Shown here piece after piece: positions 13,625 to 24,389 of a stretch of DNA of 64,000 nt (positions within the stretch are counted from its first letter, which is position 1; every line of letters begins with the position of its first letter). The translations under genes and the position numbers were made by a program. The notes under the pieces are model-generated. The model was not told where the DNA came from. It was given only the letters and a program-made list of their open reading frames with translations, and did no database searches. Source of the stretch: Octopus vulgaris (taxonomy: Eukaryota); assembly GCA_951406725.2 (NCBI GenBank), contig OX597816.1:154504001-154568000 (forward strand). Reading direction: 5' to 3'.

Positions 13625-13625
<1 letters not shown>
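11380..13625 (+). mobile_element. 5'-truncated RTE-clade LINE with degenerate reverse transcriptase and 3' UTR
   Basis: Frameshifted RT motifs: YKGKG...NNYRGIK, EKAFDRVP, GVHQG, LLYADDL, EVVDSFHYLGD, LRVKGRLFDACV, WYGHV. Ends in the common ggttggca...ggaagggcatccagc...gttaaatgat tail. Confidence 0.9.
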
Positions 13626-13655
<30 letters not shown>

Positions 13656-13656
13656 G

Positions 13657-13865
13657 GGTGGTGAGCTGGCGGAATTGTTAACATGCTGGGTAAAATGCTT
13701 AGTGGCATTTTGTCCATCTTCATGTTCTGAGTTCAACTTTATCTTTCATCCTTTTGGGGTTGATAAATTAAGTACCAGTTGAGTGCTGGGGTTGACGTAA
13801 GTGACTAGTCACCTCCTCTAAAGTTGCTACCCTTGTAGCAAAATTTGAAACCATTATTATTATTA
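13657..13865 (+). mobile_element. SINE family A inserted in the (ATT)n tract at the end of the LINE
   Basis: ggtggtgagctggcggaattgttaac head, central core, aaatttgaaaccattattatt tail. Confidence 0.8.
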
Positions 13866-14719
13866 TTTCTCCTTCTTTTCATGGAACACCACAGTTTATT
13901 GATTTCTTTGGCATTAAGATGAGAGACACATTTCTCTTTGAATTGAATGCCAGACTAATTTAGTTAGTTTTTGAAGTGGATGGAATTGAATCCACCCCTT
14001 CAAGGTTATGGAATTAAAAGAAAAGATTACAGGATTGATTACAACAAAAAGTGGATTTTATTAACTTCTGGTGCCCACTTACAGCTCAGTGAACCGTGTC
14101 ACTAAGAATTTAATGTTTCTGCATCACACACAATTTTAAAGTTCTTAAGTTTTTCAATTTAGAAGGTTAAAAATATTGACACAGACAACATGTTTCCTCT
14201 CTTTAGTGAGTTGCTTGAACTTACTCCATGTTCTGTTTAAAATGAAAGTACTCCATGTTGCTAGTAATGTGGCAGAATTAAATTCAAAAATCTAGTCTTC
14301 AGAGATATGACAGTGCTAATCACAATAAGGATTTCTAACATTGGCTCAAGTCTACAAATAAGGGGCTAGAGCACATTTAATTAAATCAACCCCAATACTT
14401 GTCTGGTGTTTATTTTATTAACAGCAGATGGCTGAAAGGGGGTTAAACCTGGTGGGATTTAAACTTGGAACTAAATATCAGAACATTTTGTTTGGCACTC
14501 TATTGTGCCATTCACTTCCCTCCATAATAGTGATAATAATAATTATTTCTTTTCTTGATCACAATATCAGTAAAAGGACCACAAGGGCCAAAAACATTGG
14601 GTTCAATAGAAAGTTGAAATACTTAGGCAAAGCAACAAACAAGAAAAGTGAAGGATTTACATAGAATAAAAGATCAACAATAACAATAAAGACATTAATA
14701 AACAGATGATAATGATAAT

Positions 14720-15088
14720 AACAAGAGCATTCAGAGAGCCCAAACTTCTGCTAAGGCAACACCAACATCCTCTCGATGATTAACCAGAGAGGATTTTTTA
14801 AATGAGAATATCTTAAATAAACTCAACTGCTCTCACAAATGAGAATACTAAAGATGAACCCAACTGGTCTCAAAAATTAAGTGAAAAAAAAACAGGAAAA
14901 ATAATCCAGAATCCTTGTCCAGTACCAGATTAATCCCCAAATCTAATCAGTTCATGCCAATCGTGAAGCCAAGCATCCCTGAAAGTTTCATCCGAATCCA
15001 TCCAGTGGTTCTTCAGATATTTTGTCCATGGACAAAACAAACAAATACGACTGAAAACAATACCTCCACCTTTGTTAAGGTGGAGGTG
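14720..15088 (+). mobile_element. Helentron/DINE-1-like (HINE) non-autonomous element, copy 1
   Basis: Homologous to 52244-52592. Terminal hairpin acctccacctt/aaggtggaggt and a related subterminal motif near the other end. Confidence 0.6.
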
Positions 15089-15639
15089 TTGTGCAGAACG
15101 CAAGTAAGAACAAGAGGTGTCCAAAAATGAGAGAGCAATCGCATCAGGTGATTCAGGGCACACTGCACATGACCCTAAATTTTTCTTACCACAAGCCAAT
15201 ATCCTCTACTAGTTCTTGCTAGCTCTTACAGCTGCATAATTAATGTGAACCCATTTAAAAATGCTAATTTTGCAACTCATCCATCCTTCATACAGGTCTC
15301 TGGAAGACAGCACTTTTCTCTTTAAGAAGTTGATGTCTTGAGAAGAAAAGCTCATCAGAACTTACAATTGCATCGATGTTTTATAAAATAAGTTATACAT
15401 TTATATAATATTTGCCAATACACAGTTTGGCAAAGTAGCCTTGAATGACCATATATGTTTAGTTCTTGGAGCCAGCAATTTCACTCACTTCCTGGTTAAA
15501 TAATGAATATACAATGACTCTTTGACCATGTCACATGCCAGCCATCTAAGCACTGCAAGTGGATTTTTATTGCTTGTATATCACAAAACCAAGATGGGTA
15601 ATATGTGGCATTAATACCATATGCAATTATTTTCTAGCA

Positions 15640-16010
15640 CCCCATCACTACCATCTTATTTTCTTCTCTGCTACTTCCATCTACCCTTACATAAAGTGGG
15701 ATAACCATGTATCTTCTTTATAGCAAGACACCTGTCACTTCCTACTCTCAAATATTACCCCCAACATTTAGTCGAGGGTTTTTTCCCCCTTTTCTGTGTT
15801 GTGAGTTACTCCACAATCTTAGTGTCCAGTGGCATGTAAAAAAAAAGAAGCAACATTGTAAAGTGGTTGGCATCAGGAAGGGCATCCATCTACAAAAAAA
15901 CCCACACCAAAGCTGACATTGGAGCTCAACACAGTCCCATGACCTACTGGATGCTGTCAAACTGTCCAACATATGTCAGCTTGTAAAATGGACATTAAAT
16001 GAGGATGATT
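15640..16010 (+). mobile_element. RTE-type 3' UTR/tail fragment
   Basis: Shares caagacacctgt...gtaaagtggttggcatcaggaagggcatcca...ggacattaaatga with 23500-23960 and 34550-35045. Confidence 0.65.
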
Positions 16011-17745
16011 ACTTTATTCACACTTTCTCTTGATCAAGTTTTTATAATTTGCTGAATGTAGTATATGGTATGCTCTGTACTACTTAAATGCTTGTCGAAT
16101 TATTGTTTTAGTGGCATGGCCTGATTTATGATGAGCAGTATTTCCTGACACTCTTTTCAAGAAAAAGGCTACTCTGATAGTTTTTAGTTTCATCAAAACA
16201 ATCTTTGCATTTAATATCAAAGAAATGATCTAGGAATGTCTTTGTTATATCTATGTATCTATGTTGTGCTGCTTTTGCAAATGTGTCTTCTAGTTTGTCA
16301 GTCTACTTTCCTTACATGTTATCTGTCACTAAATACTTCCTAAACTGAATAGATATCTGTTTAAATTTTCTTTCTCAGATCAGCTTACCATCAATTGTAA
16401 ATCCCAACTCATAACTAATTCTGCAAACAAGTGCCTTGTAAGCTTTTTATGTTGGGAAAAGTATGTGAAACTTCTAGATACTGTATGTAAAATATTCTAT
16501 GTAAATTTGCTGTTCAAGCCATGTACTTGAGACCAGTAGAGTTCACCAGCTGAAACTGTGAATTATTGTCATTGCTACTTTATGCTTGCTTTCCATGCTG
16601 AATGGGTTGGATGAATTATGGTTGAAGTCAGGGTGTATTTGGGGGTACTACTTACTTAGATCAGTTGGAAAAACTACATTTTACTTGCATTTCATTATTT
16701 GGTTTGGTTTCTGTGGCTGGATACCCTTCCTAAAATGTTTTATGCTATTTAGTTACAACACTGTACATCTTGAGTTCACATTCTGAGTTTGCATTTCATC
16801 CTCTCTGGGTTGATAAAATATATACCAGTCAAATACTGAAGATGATTTTATTAACTATTCTCTATCTCAAAATGTCCTATCTTCTGCCAGTTAGAAGTCA
16901 ATATTATATTGTTGGAAGGGATAACTAATGATATTGAAACTAATTTGTATGTTGTTAAGCTAAATATTATTTCATTTCTTCATGATTTGGGGAGAGTAAA
17001 TATATTTGAGTGACTTAACTAATTAAAACAATGTCTTTGCATCATCCAAGGGAGATTTACATCTCATCCACCTAATGCTCTTAAAACTACCCTCTCCTTA
17101 AGACTTTAGGATATATTTTATTTAGGATACATGGTTGTAGTCTAGTTGTAGTCCAGATAACAACTGTGAAGCTTGTACTTTAATTGGCATTTTTGTTGTA
17201 AGCTTAGACACATTCTTAAGTTGAACATGGAAGTTGGACAATGACCAATGATCAACCACTGTTGTTTATCCCTCACTACATAAAAACCTGATCTAAAGTC
17301 AGTCTACATTGTTTTGGCTAAGAGTCTGGCAATTTTTTCACAATTGACCTATTACTCTGCAGATGTGTCATCACTTGCTCACTACAACATGACTTGAGTA
17401 TCAGACAAAGTTTATAACAGCGTAGTTAAGAGCTTGGCAGTCCTCAGCATGTGTCAACAAACAATACAGCTAACTAAGACAATTGACTACACAATCAATA
17501 AAGCAAAATTGAATCTGTAACTGGTGATATATAGGTGAAATTGTTGGAATGTATTTCAGATGCTTTAGACTTTGATTACTAAAAGTGTGAAATAAGTCTA
17601 AGGATTTTGAGTTGTTAACATCATCTTCTATATACAGTCAAAGCATAGCTATAAGATGATATTCTAGCCTTTCACTAAATGGGTGGCTGGGTGGGGGAAC
17701 CAACAACAATAAAATCAAACTTTGTTCATGCTTATTTCATTCTGT

Positions 17746-17784
<39 letters not shown>

Positions 17785-18044
17785 TAGTTGTTGAGCTGAA
17801 TGTTGGTCATTATTAAGCAAATATATGATCAAAAACATTTTTGTCCTTATTATACCATTTTCTTTTTATCAGGCTTAGTTTATCTTAGACTACATTGTCT
17901 AATGTGTTTTTCTTTTATTTTTCTAGGATAGTAGAATGTTATTTGAGGGTAATTTGCTACTTCTAGCAATTTGAGTGACCACATAAAGGTTTCCGCTGTT
18001 GGCTATGCCTGTAGATAACAAAAGTTTTAATATAATGAGAGAAA

Positions 18045-18605
18045 TTCCACCGAAGTTGACTTTGCTTTTCATCCTTCTCGGATTAATAAAATAAGTACCA
18101 GTTGAACACTGGGGTCAATGTTATCAACTTACACTAACTTTGTTGACCTTTTTGCCAAAATTTGAAAACAATACAGTGAGAAGTATCAGATAAAATGCCT
18201 TGTCTCTTTACATTCTGAGTTCAAATTCTGCTATGGACAAATTTGTCCTTCCTTACTCCGGCATTTATAATATAAAGTATTAGTACTGGGACTTATCTTA
18301 TCAATTAACCCTGTCTTCAAATTTCAGGCCTTGTGCCTCTGTTAAAAACCATTGGTCTTTCTGTATCAGGAGGACATCATCATTATCATTATTTTTATAA
18401 TTAAAGTGATGAGCTAGCAGAATTGTTAGCATGCCAGGCAAAATGCATAGTGACATTTTGTCCTTATGTTCTGAATCCAAATTCTGCTAAGGTTGACTTT
18501 GCCTTTCATCCTTTCAGGGTCAATAAAATAAGTACCATTTCAGTACTGGGGTTGATATAATCAACTTACTCCTTCTCCAAATTTGAAACCATTATTATTA
18601 TTATT
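18045..18605 (+). mobile_element. Cluster of three SINE family A copies
   Basis: Repeated gttgactttgc..ttcatcc...aataaaataagtacc cores near 18055, 18215 and 18490. Confidence 0.75.
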
Positions 18606-18619
18606 GGGGGCTACTGTAA

Positions 18620-19432
18620 TGAACCGGTCACTCTTTACAACACCTGTCTGTGTTCAAATTGTCCTTGCACAGGGGCCGTCCAGACTCCTGTCTTCACCGT
18701 GAGCAGGGATTAATCTTCTCTCTTCGCTCTTTTGTGCCACATGGGCTCAACTCTCCTCCCCTCTTTATTTAAACCTCCTCCTCTATCCTCTCTTCCTCTC
18801 CGCTTCCACCCATCTACCTCTCCTCTCTTGTTCTGGCACCTACTTCTTCTCCACTCCTACCCACTTTCTCCCTTCCACCCTCTCCCCTCATCGTTACCCC
18901 CATTCTCATTACCCCATCCCTACACATTCCAGCTCTACCATCCCTTATACATCCCATCCCACCCCACCCCACCCCATCCGTTAGACCCTCACTCTTGCCT
19001 CCCCCATACCCTCACACCACTACACCACATCGCCCCCCATACACTAGCACTGATCACTTCTCAGCACCCACACCAGCACCTACACCATCATCCTACACAT
19101 GCACATGACAATGTCACCAACCCCCTTCCACACGCACATACACGCTCTCACATATGCACGCACACCTTTGTTTTGGGATCACCACTACTTTATTATCTCC
19201 CCTTCTTCCTAGCTCTCCTGTGTGCCTCTCTGTCTGGCATTCGCAATGATAGATCGCTAGTCACTATACCTTTTCCAATTTTCTCTCCCTGTTTATTTCT
19301 GTGTTCCTTTCTGTCGAAGAGCATAGGCTCAAAACGTAAAAGGCTATTTCACTTCCTGAGTGTTAAACTAATACATCAGTTTGTTGTTTACACACCCATC
19401 TTTGTCTTTTGTTTTTTTGTAAATTTTCACTA
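18620..19432 (+). mobile_element. 5'-truncated Penelope-like element: GIY-YIG endonuclease C-terminus, 3' UTR and pLTR
   Basis: 18623-18760 translates TGHSLQHLSVFKLSLHRGRPDSCLHREQGLIFSLRSFVPHGLN, the EQ.LIF.L....P.GLN end typical of PLE GIY-YIG domains. Hammerhead motif at 19306; ends in (TA)n. Confidence 0.8.
19306..19343 (+). ncRNA. Degenerate minimal hammerhead ribozyme motif (PLE pLTR)
   Basis: Stem I ccuuu/aaagg; core CUGUCGA (A6U) + A; stem II GAGC/GCUC; AAAA in place of GAAA; ACGU palindrome; GUA triplet. Confidence 0.55.
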
Positions 19433-19694
19433 TATATATATAAATAGATATAAAGGACCGAACCAATGTGTGTTATTACTGGCATAATGCCCTTCCCAAG
19501 GTTCAATAGTATATATAAATATCCTTTTTTTATATATCCTTTTGCATATTTCAGCAGTCATTTTTCTAATGTATACTTTTTATTTTATCATTCCATTATA
19601 TGTAAACCCCCACACTTTATGTCTGTCTTTGTATTGTCCCCTCATCCTTCACCCTGGTGGCAAATATAAGAAATCATTATTATTATTATTATTA

Positions 19695-20345
19695 GGCAAG
19701 CTGGCAGAATTGTTAGCACACTGGACAAAATGCTTTGCAATGTTTCTTCTGGCTTTATATTCTGAGTTCAAATTTTGCCATGATTGACTTTATCTTTCAT
19801 CCTTTTGGAGTCATTAAAATAAGTACTTGTTGAGCTCTGTGGTTAATGTAATCGATTAGCTCCTTCTCCCGAAATTTCGAGTCTTGTGCCTATAGTAGAA
19901 AGATTTATTATTTGTACTATGGCTGTTGATTAGCAAAACCATTAGAGTTTTGGACAAAATGCCTTGTCTATTTAGTTAATGCTTTACTGTTCAAATATTG
20001 CTGATTTTTCTTGTCTTTCATCCTTCCTGCGTAGATAACATAAAATACCAGTCAAGTACTGGAGTTGATATGGCTAACTATTCCCTCTCTTCAATTTGTT
20101 GCTTTCTGCCTCTGTTAGAAAATTACAATTATTATTATTATGGTGGTGAGCTGGCAGAATCATTAACATGTTGGGCAAAATGCTTAGTGATATTCTGAAT
20201 GTCTTTACATTCTAAGTTCAAATTCTGCTGAGGTCAACTTTGCTTTTCATCCTTTCAGGGGTTGAGCACTGGGGTTGATGTAACCATCTTAGCCCCTCCA
20301 CTTGTATTGCTGGTCTTTTGCCAAAATTTGAAATCATCATCATTA
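19695..20345 (+). mobile_element. Tandem array of three SINE family A copies
   Basis: Heads near 19695, 19925 and 20140, separated by (ATT)n-like tails. Confidence 0.75.
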
Positions 20346-20939
20346 TTAATAATAATAATAAATATTCCACATTAACATAAAACTGTCCTTGGATTTACTT
20401 GTACCAATTTCTGGCAATGAATTCTATTAATACCTTCCAGTGCCAGTTTTAACTGCTATTTGTCCTCAGGAATTATGTATAGAATATTATTTTTTCTCTT
20501 TTTCAAAATATGAAGATATTACTTGCAAGTAAAAGATGTTCCTTGTCTCAACCAATCACTTAAGGAATTATGTTTGAAGAAAGTTTTACTTCTGTCCTAT
20601 TCTGTTAGAATGTTTTTTTAACATTTGGTCATTTCTAAAAGCTTCCAGGTCAGACTGACATCATACATGTGTTACCACTTACTAATAAATTAACACTAAA
20701 AATGGCACTTTTAGCCAGAAACAACCTTCACAGTAACCAAAGATGCATATTGACGTCATTTCAGATTTGATCAATCTAAAATATTGGATTATCATTTCTA
20801 TAATTTCAAGATGAGTTATTGTTAGCTTAGTATGAATTTTTCCTACTACTCACTTCATCTTTTGTAGTTCTATCTTTTACACTATATTTCAATCAGTATA
20901 TTTCATATTGTCTTCAGAAGTTCTATTTTAATTGTATGC

Positions 20940-21560
20940 CTACATATTCCCTACTTTGGTTTGAACACAAAAATTTCATCTATCATAAAAGGCTCTGTAT
21001 TTCATTTTCAAATTCATACATGTAGAAAATTCTCTTTTCACAAGAGTAGATTGTTTCAAAAGGCAGCTGTATATTTTTCATTTCCTTAAGTGCAGTTTTG
21101 AAAGCTTTGCTGCTTTTGATATCCAAAAAGATGAGAGACTTGTCTTGTTCTGAAATGGAGTGTTACTGTTGAAATGAAGTTTATGTAGTACCTCTGTCAA
21201 TCCTTCAAGCTTTTCAGGTACATCTGAAATTTTACATTTGAAGAAATTCACACCCCAGCTGAGTTTACATGGATAAAGCTCTGGAAAGTGATTAGAGAAC
21301 TTTTGTTTGAGTTTGATAAGATGCCTTGTAACTAACTTCTTGATGTCACTAAGACTAATATCTTCACAGGCTTCTAAAAATTTTGCTAGTTTTGGAAGGG
21401 CAGCTAATTTATTTTGATCCACTTTTTGTCCAAGATCCAAATGCTGAAATATTTTCTTTTGCTAAAATGGCATTAATGTTCTTAAACTGCAATTTCTTGT
21501 TTCAATGCAATGACATACTCAAAGTTATCACCTAAATATAAGATAAATGCAGCTGTCTTT
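20940..21560 (-). pseudogene. hAT Buster/Charlie (SCAND3/ZBED5-like) transposase remnant
   Basis: ORF 21078-21440 contains HLIKLKQKFSNHFP, SWGVNFF and SLSSFW. It is followed by an ETIYSCEKR segment resembling the TTYLCE.GFS dimerisation motif. Confidence 0.7.
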
Positions 21561-21599
21561 GGCTGTTGATAATTTCAGATTCTTTAGTAGTTTGTTATT

Positions 21600-21830
21600 A
21601 ATTAGTTTTAGTGTTGAATTAGAAGGTATTATTTGGTTGAATGTGAGATGTTATAGTTTCTAGGACTATGAGTGACAATGAATAGAATATTTTTGTTTTT
21701 GTCATCTTTATTGTGAGGATTTCTCCATAAGAAAGAGATTGGAATCTCTTTGGTCTTGATTATGATATGATTTACTAAACAATTTGGGTATTTTTGTTCC
21801 TGAAGGAATACATTTTGTTCCACCAGTTGT
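21600..21830 (-). mobile_element. Penelope-like RT/linker fragment
   Basis: FLQEQKYPNCLV...KTKEIP...ILFIVTHSPRN resembles the PLE L..Q.YP..LI...PFV.T.NP linker. Confidence 0.5.
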
Positions 21831-22141
21831 TTCTTTTTTTTGTGTGTTTGGAAGTGCTTATGCACAATATAAAAATTTGTTTCCAAACAATTTGTCCTGT
21901 TTTTGTTTTTAAAGATTAAAAAAAATATAATTAATGATTTTTGATTTAAGTAAATCATTCTTCAAATAGTGTGACTGTATCAAGACTGCTTTGCGGAAAC
22001 TTTGTGTGTGTATATGCACATACAGGTGTGTATATGTGTGTGTTTTTATATATGTGTATGAATATATGTATGACATGTATTTCCACATATATATATAAAT
22101 ACATACACCTTACCATATATATATATAATACATATACCCCA

Positions 22142-22185
<44 letters not shown>

Positions 22186-22929
22186 ATCATGATTATACAC
22201 ACACACATGCATGTGTATACAAATACCTTTAGATGTAGATATTTTTCTCCCTCCATTTCTCTATTCTTTCTCCATTCTCCTCCTCTCTATATAGAAACAA
22301 AATATTACCAACTTTAGAAATAAATGCTTTTAGTTGTCCTGTCCTTTACAAATGTTCTAAAACCTCTGGTATACTCTCCTATGTTAGCCCTCCGTTTCCC
22401 CCTAACAATTAGGTTATACAGTTGGTATGTGCATTCCATTAGGTTCTAATGTTACCAGCTGTCCTTGGCATCTGACATTTATAGGGACTTTATTTCTTTT
22501 TTTTTAAAAGAAATAGGTCAGAAATCTCATATGTACACCCTCCCAGAATTTGTGTGTATACAGTTTTTTGTAGAGTACATGCTCTAGGAAAGATTGTATC
22601 CTTCGCTCAAATTACTTTTTGTGAGAAACTCTTTAAATTGATTTATTTGTCTAGATTTGAAATGTTATTTTCATTTGATAATGTATTGATTAATAATTTT
22701 TACACTTTAAATTAAATAAGTTACAAAACTGAAACAAATCTAAATACAGTGAGCTAATATTTGATTGAATAAAACTTGAACTTGAGTTAAACATTTTTTT
22801 TGGAGTCTAATATTTTCACCTTCATTCTAAGCCGATTTTTATTAGAGGTGGTGCATGGCAGGATCAGTTGAGTAACAAATTGTGTTACATGACGTTTTAC
22901 ATTCTGAGGTAAAATCCGCACATACTTGT

Positions 22930-23960
22930 AACCCATTCTGCCCCATCAAGCATCCCCCACATTTCATTCACTAGCATCCAACCCTCCATCACTCCTCTGT
23001 CTATGGCTACTTCTTGGTAGCTGTAACCACTTGGAAGTAGTATGGGCACATATTAAATCCTCTTGTCTCCTTTCCTTGCACTACCAGTTACCTCTTCCTT
23101 GCTGGAGACACTTCTGTCCCTTTTTCTCATTATCCTCCTTTCCCCATCTGCACTGTTTTCATCAGTTACCTCCTTCCTCTGTCTTCAGTTATCTCTTTCC
23201 TCTATCCTACTTTATTTAACACTTCACACATCTCAGCACCTTCTCGTATCTTCCACCACATCCCACTCTCTATAACTACCCTTGTATGCCACTACATCAT
23301 CCTCCTCACCACTCCTACACCTTGCACATTATACCCCTACTTTTTGATCTATTCTACCTGAGCCACTTCTGCCTCTTACCCAATGCGCTCTTCATACTGA
23401 TATTTCTCATCTATTGTATTTTCACTCTTGTTCAGCTCTGCCCCATCTGTTACTCTCTCTTTGTCTCCTTCTGTACCCTCACTTATGCTCACCTTATACA
23501 TTGAAAGTTTGCTATGGTACTCCGTCACTACCATCTTTATCTTCTTCCCAACTGTTCAAACCCACCCCTATATAATGTGGAGTAGCCATGTGTCTCTTTT
23601 GTAGTAATACACCTCTGTCTGTCCTTCTGTCATACCTTTCAATAGCCTTTCAACACTAGGTATAAAGCCACCCCCTTCTCTCAAATACTTTTTGTCCCGC
23701 TTAGTTGCAGGAGCTGTTTCCTTTTCCTATTTCCGTATTCTTTTTCTGTCTTGCAAGTTACTTGGCAACCTCACTAGTGCTGGTAGCATGATAAAAACAC
23801 TGAGTACTCTCTATGAAGTGGTTAGTGTTTGGGAAGACATCCAACCTTATAAATCATGCCAAAGTAGACAATGGAGTTTGGTGCAGCCCTGTGTCTCACT
23901 GGATCCTGGCAAACCATCCAACACATGCCAACATGGAAAACAAATGTTAAATGATGATAA
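22930..23960 (+). mobile_element. RTE-type pyrimidine-rich 3' UTR and tail
   Basis: Similar organisation to 33850-35045; ends atgttaaatgatgat. Confidence 0.55.
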
Positions 23961-24263
23961 TGTGTGTGTGTGTGTGTATATATAATAGGCTTTCAGTTCA
24001 GTTTCCATTAATGAAATCCATTTGCCAGGCTTGAGTCAACCCAGGGCTACAGTAAAAGATATTTTCTCAAGGTGCCATGCACTGGGACTGAACCTGGAAC
24101 CAAGTGGTTGGGAAACAAGCTGTATATTATTTAGTTTCTCTTTCTTAAATCACCAGTAATATATTCAGGTTAACTTGTTCTTTTACAAATGTTGGTCTTG
24201 TGTTTCTAATTAGTGTTTTAGTAATTTTCCATTATCTAATTGAAATGTTTATTTTTCTTTCAG

Positions 24264-24389
24264 ATTGACTTGAATTATTCTCTTGAAGATCAGGGACCAT
24301 TTGATATTATAATACACAAAATTACAGATGTGTTGAGTCGAGCAGATGAGGGAAGTGAAAAGGACCAGTTGTATGCAAATAATTTCAAG
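24264..24389 (+). CDS. ITPK1: ITPK1 coding exon (126 nt), IDLNYSLEDQGPFDIIIHKITDVLSRADEGSEKDQLYANNFK
   Basis: tttctttcag|...|gtaaga. Contains the family-diagnostic QGPFD-x3-HK motif (human QGPLDVIIHKLTD). Confidence 0.96.

Noticed and set aside
15300-15362. Minus-strand CUGAUGA...GAAA
   Set aside because: No stem I pairing and poor stems II and III; chance match.
18732-19487. 251-aa Pro/His-rich ORF
   Set aside because: Low-complexity PLE 3' UTR. Only the first few codons overlap the GIY-YIG remnant.
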